64,000 nucleotides of DNA from Fistulifera solaris (taxonomy: Eukaryota). A model generated the notes under the pieces. It searched no databases and was not told where the DNA came from. It worked only from the letters and a program-made list of their open reading frames with translations. The stretch lies in the NCBI GenBank assembly GCA_030295235.1, contig AP026162.1, positions 1,426,001 through 1,490,000 of the forward strand, read 5' to 3'. Positions 12,110 to 22,728 of the stretch are shown here, one piece after another (the stretch's first letter is position 1; every line of letters begins with the position of its first letter). The position numbers and the translations under genes were made by a program.

Positions 12110-12333
12110 TATTTCGCGGACCATCTTATTGTACCAAGGAGCTTTCATTTTTTATCCAAAATCCCCTGCATGCCTATGTAACGCATCATTCCGTTAGCCT
12201 TCCTGGCCGCCTCAAATTCTCCTTTGGCCATCCCATCCGTATAAACAAGGTCTTTGCGAGGCATACAAATGACCTCTGAAGTGTCGCAAACGCTCTCAAA
12301 CACGGTGCTGAATACAAGTCCTTTTCGTACCAT
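12110..12333 (-). pseudogene. Degenerate tandem duplicate of the 3' end of the adjacent C3orf33-like gene
   Basis: MVRKG...RKDLVYTDGMAKGEFEAARKANGM...MKAPWY parallels MVRQG...RKDSAYTDRIAKAELEAAKKSYGM...MKAPWY. An identical 22-mer occurs at 12129-12150 and 12439-12460. Confidence 0.8.
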
Positions 12334-12407
12334 TACTTTTCACTGATAGTCACCGGTCCTTGTAGTTTGAGATGCACAAAAGTCCGCTTTGACCTTTTGT
12401 AACATAG

Positions 12408-13453
12408 TTAACCTCCTCGTACCCAGCGAAAGACCTTCTTGTACCAAGGAGCTTTCATTTGAAACTCTACCTCTTCCACAATATCCCGACGGGCTTCTCG
12501 TACCCGCTGATCGCTCCACATTCCGTACGACTTTTTGCCGCTTCCAACTCCGCTTTAGCAATCCGATCGGTGTAAGCACTATCTTTGCGAAGATCACGAA
12601 TGAAATCCGAAGCATCGCGGATCTTTCCATTTACTGGGATCGGGTACAAACCGTCGGTGCACGGACTCGCATGTCCTTGTCGTACCATAGTTTCACCAAC
12701 ATCCACCGGGAAAAATTGCAATTTATTTGATCGATAGTACATTTTCACAATTGCGACTTGCGGCTCTTCCTCGTGGTAATGATTTTGATTGTGACTCGAA
12801 CTGTCCTCCGGCAATTCCAACTCTGGCAAAATCAATTTGCGCTTCGTTCGAGGAGTCTTGTCGTCTCTCGACGACACATTTCTGACTTGACGTGCCATGA
12901 GCTGACAGCTTACCGGAGTTCGTTGCCGTATCAATTGATCCCACCATTGCCCCGTGGCGTACTCATTGTGCACCACCGCCGCCAGTTGTACCGTCAGGAG
13001 TTCACGATCGAGTTCATCCCGACGTGCTCCTAACACGGCGGCTGCCGGATGCATGCGCATGAGCCTATCAAACCAAGATTTCGACAGTACGCGTTCCATG
13101 GGGGAAAGATGTCGAACTTGACACAAAATGGCGTGGTTGTTGGAACTGACGGCTCGTTTGACGAGACGACAATGAATCGTTCGACGTTTGGTGAAAAAAT
13201 GTGCGGGCAACTCCGAGACCGTTCGATAGCGAAAGAACAAAGGCGTGTGCGCTAATCCGTAGACTGCCAAGGCAGTGATGGTTGCCATGGTAGTATATCG
13301 AGCTAAAATGAGATTCTCATTAAGAGAATCGGAAAATTTTGCGAGGGAATTCCCAAAGGAGGACTGTGTATTGCCGATTTCCGTTTGAGGGGTGTCATTC
13401 GTTGAAACTGACAAAGTAGATGCTTCTACTGTGCTATTTTCCTTTTCGTCCAT
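12408..13453 (-). CDS. C3orf33-like protein (SNase-like fold, N-terminal TM); one frameshift near 12534
   Basis: After a TM segment: RYRTVSELPAHFFTKRRTIHCRL, LLTVQLAAV, VGETMVRQG and KAELEAAKKSYGMW (the last after adding one A). This resembles the C3orf33/LCL3 SNase-like pattern. Corrected stop at 12408. Confidence 0.6.
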
Positions 13454-14043
13454 GGTTCGCACAACGCATTGGAGTCAAAAGTCGTACGGATTTATTCTCC
13501 TTGATGTCGAAAGAGGTGCGACGTTGAAGCAAAAAAATGAAAATGCGATGGAGGGAGAAAAAAAATTTGCAGAGGCGTCAGTCGTCAACCGTCGTCGTTC
13601 GCGGAATGAGCGTCATCAACTGCAAGAGTTGCAGGTGGCATTCGTCCGACTATCATTTACAATGTAATATCCGACATCTTATCACGTTTCATAGTATGCC
13701 GGTAGAGCCGTGAAGAAGATGACGCAACCTATAAAGAGTAGCGGGTCTGAATTATTGGTGATCGGATCTGAAAATTTGCGTTCCATGTTCTTTTGATGAT
13801 AAAAAGAGAACTGCAATCACAATCGAGTCAACGCATCGGAATTCTAAAAACGAAAAAGGAAAGATATTGAATCATCTCCTTCTATCAATCAACCTCTGTT
13901 ATCTTTCCTGTATGGCGAGATAACATTATTCTGAATGAAAAAGGATTATTCGTGGCGGCCTCAAAAGACATTACAACAGACGACTTAAATCACCACGTCA
14001 AAGCAAAACGACATTCTTTTCGACGGTTTAAGAAACGATCAAC

Positions 14044-14766
14044 ATGACACGAACGGTTTCCGCCTCCCGCAACAAAGCACGCACGTCGACGCTTTTCCTT
14101 TACATATGTCTTCATCTAATGACGGCGACGACAGAAGCATTTCTCGGCGCGAGATGTCACTACCGAATTCCCTCCAGTCATTTGAAGTACGGCGACCATC
14201 ACGATCGGTTTGATGACAAAGAACTGCAACAGCGTCTTACGCAAATGCGTATAAAACTCATGGAAGCCGAAATTCGCATGTTACCCAAGCCGAATCTGTC
14301 CCCGAAAGCGTTTGTGATGGAACTCTTGGAAACAATCGCCAACAACGGAGAGCCGTTGCCCGATGCCGGCTTTCGTTCTTTGATACGCGCGTCCACTCCT
14401 TCCTGGAAACGTCGACTGTATCATTCCGTAGCGGCACCGCCGTCCGCCAATCTGGATCATGTGGCATCGGCTTTGGGTGAAGCCATGGCGCGGACCGATA
14501 ATCAATTTGCTATCCTGGTGGGAGAAGGAGAAAAGTTTAGAATCACTTTTCCTACCGATACGGTCGATTATGGCGACGGAACGAGTTGGGTGGAGTGTCG
14601 CTTGCGAGGAAGGGACAACGATAAGCTTTTGGTCATGATTGGTTGGCAATTGGTTCAACGAGAAGACGATGGAGCTTGGTTGGTTGACTCGGTTGACTGG
14701 CAAGACTTTCGTGACCAGTTTCGACCCGGAATTGGGAGAGAAGAATGGATGAGGATTTGCGGCTAG
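14044..14766 (+). CDS. Hypothetical protein, probably plastid-targeted
   Basis: 240-aa ORF with a hydrophobic leader ending TEA|FL (ASAFAP-like). The C-terminus WQLVQR.DDGAWLVDSVDWQDFR is NTF2-like. Confidence 0.7.
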   Translation: MTRTVSASRNKARTSTLFLYICLHLMTATTEAFLGARCHYRIPSSHLKYGDHHDRFDDKELQQRLTQMRIKLMEAEIRMLPKPNLSPKAFVMELLETIANNGEPLPDAGFRSLIRASTPSWKRRLYHSVAAPPSANLDHVASALGEAMARTDNQFAILVGEGEKFRITFPTDTVDYGDGTSWVECRLRGRDNDKLLVMIGWQLVQREDDGAWLVDSVDWQDFRDQFRPGIGREEWMRICG

Positions 14767-15125
14767 TTCAACACCGAAGCAATCACATCGTTTCGGTTTC
14801 GTACCCTTGTTTTGTTTGTCAATAGAATGTTTGTTATCGACTCCCTACGATCTACTGCCTTATTGCTGTTACCAAACTGATTCTTGTATAATCCCCAAAT
14901 TACCCCTTTTATTTATCTATGTTGCCCCGTTGTCCCCCAGTTTCTTAGTTTGAATTTCAAGACCTCGCATGTGTCCGTTATTTCTGAAATTTTACCCCTT
15001 CATACGTATAGCACTCAATGGATCCCCCAATCAACTCGTCATCTCACCATTTCTCCCCCAATGCCCCTATTCTTCTTGAGCGTAAAATACATCCACTTTT
15101 GTTCTTATTTTGTTGTTTGTATTTG

Positions 15126-16143
15126 TTATACCTTTCGATGCAACAATCGTCCCGCACACGCCGTCTCAAGTCGAATGGCAGGTGTCACATCATCCCGATA
15201 CTCGTTGACAACCTCCACCGCGCTGAACAGTCTCGGGTATTCCGTACGCACCAGTACTGGAAACGAAGCCGAACGCTGCCCATCCATGGATGAAAATTGC
15301 GCCTGAATCTCCAATGCTTCCCCCGGTTGAAGACTTTTGATCGACCAAGCAATCGTTCGTTTCATTTCGTCCCAGACACCACCGGATCTCGACAATCTCA
15401 CCGACGCTCCGTCCATGTTTGGCGGAACAGCCATAATGATCATGATTTGGTACAGCGGAAATTGATTGGATGGGTTAGCTCTGATTTTGAATCCAACACG
15501 AGTGTGCTCTCTCGATTGTTGAACTCGGCTTTTGACTAACTGCGCCAGTGGAGACAGAAACGAGTGAGATTGATCCTGGTCATCCTCATTTTGAGTATCA
15601 AGAGTAGCTTACCAGTGGTACAGGTCGTAGTGTTGGTATGCAAAAATATTTGAGTACGATTGTTTCTCGGAAGGGAGATGCTGTTGAACTATTCAATGAT
15701 ATTCTCAGTATTCGGTCGGACAAATGCAGGCCCCGGGACGAGACTCTGTCGGTAATATCACAGCATACATCCTCTTGTTCTTCAATGCGATCGATTTGCC
15801 CCAGTAAATCTCTCAATACGATACAAAAAGGTGCCGACGATGGCCCCATTGCCTGTACATAAATTGTCCCCTCTATGCTCATCTCGCCCTCATTTGAAAC
15901 GTCATCATACCGAGCCGCCAGCTGCTCGTGAATATAGACTTTAACGAGCGGTGTAGACGACGCGTTTGGTTCATTGGTGACAAGCGAACGAAACGCATGT
16001 TCAGTTGCGCGAGCAGTAGATTGATCGGTAGAGAAATCAAACGGGACGCTGTCAAACGACGATGATTCCGGCCTAACCCATGCATCGTCGCCTCGTATGA
16101 AACGGTCGGACGAGCGATCCGACAAGTCTCTGCCGCTTCGCAT
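15126..16143 (-). CDS. Mu-homology-domain (muniscin/stonin-like) protein, 2 exons
   Basis: Motifs VKVYIHEQL..MSIEGTIYV, VLKYFC..LRPVPL|LVKSRV, KIRANPSNQFPL..IMAVPP and GVWDEMKRTIAWSI..LQPGE. In-frame intron at 15612-15540. Confidence 0.72.
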
Positions 16144-16262
16144 GGCATCTATCGGCCAGGATTGATTTGTTTATCAGTAAAAGCAATTTAATTGGGCATT
16201 GATAGACGATCGCAGTCCTATGCATTGTACATTGTCATTGTTGTGGACGACATTGGTATAGT

Positions 16263-16320
16263 ACTATCCTTCAAAATGTACCGGGGCCCGGGGCCGTGAC
16301 TACATTTCAGTCATGAATCT
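16263..16320 (+). repeat. Intergenic element family A, copy 2
   Basis: ACTATCCTTCAAAATG at 16263 and CGTGACTA-CATTT-CAGTCATG at 16295-16315. A second upstream box, ACTATAGTCGCAAAGTG, lies at about 16394. Confidence 0.65.
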
Positions 16321-16641
16321 GGAAAAAGTTCATTAACCTTAATTAGATCAACCCCCACATGCTTCCCCTTATAGATTACAAGGTACACCATCGACTATAG
16401 TCGCAAAGTGGTTCTAAGGTGCTAAGTCCGTTTCATGTCGTTTCGTTAAGTAAAATCCGTAGAATTTTGCAAGGCGTAGTAAGGAAGAAAGTTGAAAACC
16501 AAGGGGAAAAAATGCGTTTCGCGTTTGTTTCATTTTTTGTCTTCATTGATGTGAAATCAAAGTCACCGCGTTGTAGAAGATTCGTTACTTGCGGGTTATT
16601 TGCAAATAGAAGGGACACGGTTGGCTTCGGAGGCCCGCACG

Positions 16642-17813
16642 ATGAATTCACAGCACAAATACTGCTACCTCGACTTTGACTTGGACGACACGCGCAACAA
16701 ACTGGGTCAAGCGGCTGCCTTTTGTCATGCGACGAACCAGCGCTACGGTTTCAGTTCGCCCGACTTGCGACAACTGGGAGGAAGTGAGTTGAAACGGATA
16801 CATGACTATTTGGAAAATGATCACGAGTGGAAGGGAAAATCGATAGCTCTATTGCCGGTAAAAAGTAATCGTATCGTCTTGCTGTTAAAGTGGGATGTTG
16901 CACCTTTGGCTTGTGAAAACTTTCTTGCACTATGCTGTAACGATGAGAAGCAAATTGGGCAATCGGGCAAGCCATTGACGTATCGCAATTCAACAGTTCA
17001 TCGTGTTATTCCGAAGTTTGTCGTTCAGGGAGGCGATGTAAGTCAGTTCGATGTGAAGGTCCAGCCTCGCACTCATTTCTTCCTCTAATGGCGACGATTA
17101 AATAGTTCGTTTTCGGAAACGGTAGCGGAGGAGAGTCTATATTCAATGGCAAGAAGTTCAAAGATGAACGACCTGGTTTGCTGCTGAAACACGATCGTCG
17201 CGGAATCCTTAGTATGGGAAATAGTGGAAAGAACAGCAACTCGTCCCAGTTCTTTATTACCTTCGATAAGGCGCCACAGTGCGATGGGAAACATGTTGTT
17301 TTTGGCGAAGTAGTTAGCGGATGGGATGTTTTGGATGCTCTAGAAAGCACGGGAATGCCCAATACGGAAACCCCACAAGTATCTATCAGAATAACCGATT
17401 GTGGTGCTTGGACTCCTTTGCAAACCCCTGGTGCCGGTTACTGGTACGATCAACCCGACGAGGAGAGCTACTCAGGTATTTCCCCTGTCTTTATGGTGCG
17501 ACCTCGAGTGGCCGTTTTGGCCCCGAATGACCACGTGGCGGACAAATTCAAAGTAGCCCTCGAACCAGTATGCACTGTTGTTACGTTTACAGCAATCGAC
17601 ATCATTAATGCATGGCTTCAGAGCTATGCAATAGATCTTCTTGTCGTGGCTCCGGCTTGTGAAACGGAAGCGCACCAAATTACGCTACCCTCGGATTGGG
17701 AAATCACCAGAGAACAAGTCATTCTCGTTTCCAAACCGATGGACGCACTACAGAATATACGATTTAACTCATGGCTAGTCTCCAGGAACTGGCCACTCGA
17801 TGGTGCAATATAG
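16642..17813 (+). CDS. Cyclophilin-type peptidyl-prolyl isomerase with N-terminal insertion and C-terminal extension; 2 exons
   Basis: [62 protein letters not shown] and [10 protein letters not shown]. Intron at 17038-17105. Confidence 0.93.
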
Positions 17814-17883
17814 GAAGCCGAAACGCTATCAGTCACAAGTCATGTTGACGAAACATTTCTAAATTACTTAGTCATATGCTATA

Positions 17884-20800
17884 TCAACTGGAAGTAAACT
17901 CGAACAATTTTGGTAACTGGGCAGCTAGCGTCCACACACTTTTCTCCAGAGGGTTACCACGAAGACACAAGCGCTCCAATTCCGTGCAATATAGAAATGA
18001 CGGCGGAAGCTCGCGGAGCTTATTGTCTTCAGCAGAAAACAGCGACATGACCGGTAGATCCACGGTGTTAGGAAGACGGACCAGATTGTTCTTACTTACG
18101 CACATTGACTTCAAGGTTTTTATAAGAAACGCTGACTGAGGAATTTCTTCTAGATCGTTCTCGGAAAGATCAAGGCTCTAAATGCCGCAAAGATTTCAAT
18201 TGTGAGCACGGATACAATCAATGAGCAAAGAATTAATTCGCGTACCTCGAGGCGAGAAAAGTAGATTCCAAACTGATCTGGCAGCAACTTCAAACCAGTT
18301 CTCGTCAGAGAAAGCTTGTTAATCGATGTGCCAATGACAAGGAGAGAATGAGGTATTGGGGACATAACTCCGGAACATGGACCTCGTGATCCTTGACTGA
18401 CAAGCTTGCGATCAGAAATTTTGAAGTCCATCGGGGGCAAATTATCTTCAACCAGTCGCTCATGAATACTCTGGAACATCAACCCGATTTCCTCGCTTGG
18501 TTCATCTATCAAGGCGGATGTCAGATTCCAATCATTTGCAAGAACAACATGGTGTGGGCGAACACCATAGTTTGTAACCAGTAATGCGAGTAGCTCGTGT
18601 AGCTCTGCCACATCCAGAGGGAGCTGGTAAACCCCTTTCAATGCGACTATTCGATCAGCTGGCTTCGGCAGGGAAGCCTCAAGTTGTAGCAACTGGGACC
18701 ACAAAATTTCAGAAACGATTGACAAAGGGGACGGCACGTAACCTCCTAGATATTTCTCGAGTCTGACAACGACGCGATCATAAGCGTTAAGCGTAGTACC
18801 AAGGGCAACATTCGCCGCCAGAACAGGGGACAATAAGAACTCCAAGGATGGAAAAAAGGAGCAAGATTTTTGAATAGAAAACAGGAGCTTGTCAATTGCC
18901 ACCCAAACGTCAAGTATCTGATTGCGTACATTCTCAATTTGTGAATCCATTTTCAATTCGATTGCGACGGCCTCAATGGTTCCCATAACTAGTTGCGATA
19001 TCAGCATGACGCCCATGAGAAGGACATCCTTGGTATGTTGGCCTAATCGTATACTTCGCTCGACGAACTGCTCGAACCAGCGCAATGACGGCTTCACGGC
19101 ATCCGCAACAAGCTTGCTTGGGGGCCTGATTTTTAATACATCTCTTCGAAGTTGCCGGGTTTTCGCCATGTGACGGATGAACTGAGGTAGATATTCCTCC
19201 AAAGATACACTCTGTCGAGCGTCGTTTTCCATCGCAACAGGATAAAAGTAGATAGGTAGTCGGTCTTGTGGTTGATCACAATCAATCTCATCGATATGAG
19301 TCACCTCCCTTTCCAGCGCGGTGAGTGTACGAAGGACAGCTGCAATGCTTTCATCGCCGATCCTCGGCATCACAAATTCAAGAAGACAAGAAACAACAGC
19401 AAGGTGCTCTTGGGTCCGATACGCTATCTGAAAAACACTATCTCCTGGTTCTGTTTCCAAAGCAAAGGCCCTCTGTTCAAGCACATTTATTATACGGACG
19501 ATCATGGACGAAAACCCCACAGTGGATTCTTCAAGCGACGGTCTTTCTTTCTCGAGATTTTCACTCCATTCAGAGGAGAAATCGAGTATAGCTCGTGACA
19601 CGTCAAATCTGCCTGCATGGATACAAAGCCTTACCACTTTAGTTAGTCGGACTAGAAACAGCAAGACTTCTATTGGAGTCTTGACGCGTTCAAGCTCTAT
19701 AAATATAGACTCTTGTTGCTCCTCCAGATAAAAATTACCGCCTTCTAGAAGCTTTTTGAAGGATACATTATCTTTCGTTGTTTGCTCCATCTGCTTCCGT
19801 GAGAGCCATGATTTGTCTGCCTTATTTATAACGTTATACGTTTCAAGCACGGGCAACAGCGCATAGTCTTCAAACCCTGAGTTCGCATCGGAGCTGCTCA
19901 GACCCAGTTCTGGAAGAAGTATAAAATCTTCTTCAAACGTTTTATCCGCCAGCGGTGTTGGCGACTTAGCAGCAGGTCCCTTTCGATGTTTCTCTTGGAA
20001 GTTCGGGATCGCTGGGAGTTGAAGCTCGTCTTCTGCTTCCTCTACCAGTGATAAAAGGAGATGCGGAAGTGGGAGAAACTCTCGGGGGAGTACTCGACCG
20101 AAGCTTCTTGGTTGAAGATGCTGATATGCACAATACTCGTCTTGACATTCGCCAGATATTTCATACGGACAAATGGGAATGTAGGGATCAACTCGATCAC
20201 TGAAAGGCTTCAGTGAGCTGTTGGAAATTCGGTCAGAGTTGGCGGGCCGTGTTTCACTTCTCCATATATCGCTTATAATGAGCCGCACATCTAAACACGT
20301 GTTCCACATAGATTCTCGCCGCCACCGCCAACCGTTCGCTGCTTTGTCAACGGCTAGCGTTTCCATCGCGTTGATATGAAGAAAAGTCTTAATTTTCTCT
20401 TTTGTAAATAGGACTGAGCCGAAGGTCGCAAGTCGGAAAATCGGATCCCTTTTCGACAGCCACAAAGCACGCAGTCTATCGAGTGCAATGTCGGCGAGGT
20501 GAAGAGTATGTCCCGATCGATGTTGATTAATGGTATTTTGGGCTTCCTGGACTGAACTCGAAGAAGAATATGAAAATGTTTTGTCTGTGTCACGGTTCAA
20601 AGAAGCCGTGGATTCACTTCCGGCAAGCTCAACAAGATCATCTAAAGAGATCTCATCTGTCGTGCTAAGCATTTGAAGACGTTGCTCTGCCTTCGCCAAC
20701 AGCTTCGTCATTTGTTGTTGTAACTTTCGTTTCCGTCCCAACGTTAGAAAAAGCTCCTTCTTTTCGCCACTAATCGGACTACACGGTCTTCTTTTTCCCG

Positions 20801-22544
20801 AAGGTCGGCGACTGCTGTATCTTGTTCCTGTTGCAACAATTTGCGCCGATCTGCAATGTTTTTCAACATGGCTTCCAACAGGAAAATTCTTTCCTCCAAA
20901 CGCAAAGCGTCTACTTCAGATTCTAGCAACCCGACAGTTGACGCATCCTCATTTGTGTGCGCCACGCTCTGTGATCTTCCTGATGGTGAACCAACTTCGC
21001 TAGCTATTTCTGGTATGCTGATTTTCTCAGGTATATTTGAATCGGACGCGTGAACAGCCTTTTCTTCGACGACGGCGTCATCTTGAACCTCTGCCATCGA
21101 TTTCGAGTTAGAAAGATTTTCTTGCGTCAAAATAGAAGATCTGGTATCAGATTCGTCAATCTGTCGTTGAGTTTGTCCCGACATTGTTACTTTCTTTAGA
21201 TCATCGATCAAAGCCTGTACGACTTGCGCGTACCTTGGATGCCCATCAATGATGCACGCTGCAATTTCGCCTGGTTGCGCCTCAAGAAATTTGGTGAAGG
21301 ATGGTGCTTTGCGATAAAGTACAAAAGGGATCTCTTTCTTCACACAATCTCTCAGTATAGGAATTACAGGGTTCTTGGCGACTCGCTGTGGCCTTAAAGC
21401 TAACACGAGGCGAGGCCGGCCCTGTGTCACCAACTCACGAACTTTGTCAATACCAACTACCAGTGCGGACTGGCTATCACCACTGCTGTCATGATTGGCG
21501 TTTGCAGATAGAGGTGTAGGACCTAGGGCGTGTATCGTTTTTATTATCGTTGGTAGCGCCGGTGGTGTAACAGCTCGGGTTCGTAGAACGTCAGCCAAGA
21601 CAATATTCTGGATGCCCTCAAGTTTATATGTATCAGCTTTTCTGACTTTTTTTCAAGCAAATGACTAAAACTCGGGATGCATTTTTCTTTCCGAGTTTGT
21701 CCAAGTTCTCTTCCACAAAAGGGTTGAAAACGTTGGGGGGAGCACTCACCAGGGGCACAGTGTGAGAACGGCACAGAGTTTCAATATGCGCAAGGAGAAA
21801 CGATTGCTCGCTTTTACTGCCTGTACTTTTACGGCAAACAACCAATTCCGTATCGATTAGTATTAGCCGTAGCCAGTCATCCATCGCATCACTATCACGA
21901 TCATCGAAACAAACCAGCTGATACTCGGGAGCTTCTTCCGCCAAGTACTTTTTGAGCAGCGCTACCCAGAGCGGGTGAACATTAGCTGGGGTTACTTCTT
22001 CATAATTCCTTTGCACAGCTTGGGCTGTCTTGTTTGCGTTCTGCAGCGCGGGAATCTTCTGCGGCGTCTTATTTACTTTCACGCCCGGGGAAGCTTTCTG
22101 CGACATCTGCTTTTTCTCACCTTTTGACAGCTTCTTTCCTTTCTTACTGGGGGTAAGTTTCTGTGGCGTCTGGTTTATTTTCTTCTGCGATGGGGATTTC
22201 AGCGGCTGTTTATTTCCTTTCTTACTTGGAGGAACTTTCTGCGGCGTCTGGCGTGCTTTCTTACTTTGGGAAATCTGCAGTGTCTGGCTTGCTTTCTTAC
22301 TTGGAGGAGGTTTTTGCGGAGTCTGGTTTGCTTTCTTTTGTGGGGGAACTTTCAGCGGCGAGTCGACCGTCAAATCAACAACATCACCAGTTTTCTCGCG
22401 GTCCACTTCTGCTCGTTTCCTCTTCTTACTATTCGTATTTCCGCTTGCTGTCATATCGACAATGTTCTTTGCTTTATTGTTTGTGGCATCGTTATTCATC
22501 TTGATATCCTTTTTATGAATCACGACCACATTTGCATCTACCAC
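17884..22544 (-). CDS. About 1530-aa protein: basic TPQK repeats, two L7Ae-like domains, coiled coil, ZFC3H1/Red1-type C3H1 zinc finger, C-terminal LRRs
   Basis: ORFs 22544-21633, 21598-20744 and 20741-18150 join at A-run indels (21647-21653 and 20761-20764). Intron 18245-18178 leads into an LRR exon (SLDLSENDLEEIP, DNKLRELP, LRGNPL). Zinc finger reads DPYIPICPYEISGECQDEYCAYQH. Confidence 0.7.
22057..22350 (-). repeat. Coding 39-bp (13-aa) tandem repeat, SKKxNQTPQKxPP
   Basis: About 7 degenerate units within the N-terminal region of the 17884-22544 gene. Confidence 0.8.
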
Positions 22545-22728
22545 ATGATGAGTTATAGTCTAATAGTGCGATGTGAATGTGAATGCAAATAATAAGAGCG
22601 GGACGAACGACGAGTAGAGATTTACATAGTAAAGTAGTACCGGGTACTGTCGCCTCCTACATTTGAGCCCACAGTTTTTAAAAATTTTAAAGCTAAGGTG
22701 TTAACACATCAGCCCTTGGCCATTGTCT

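Noticed and set aside
22030..22592. Phe/Gly/Cys-rich plus-strand ORFs
   Set aside because: These are antisense shadows of the Lys/Pro/Gln-rich 39-bp repeat in the minus-strand gene.
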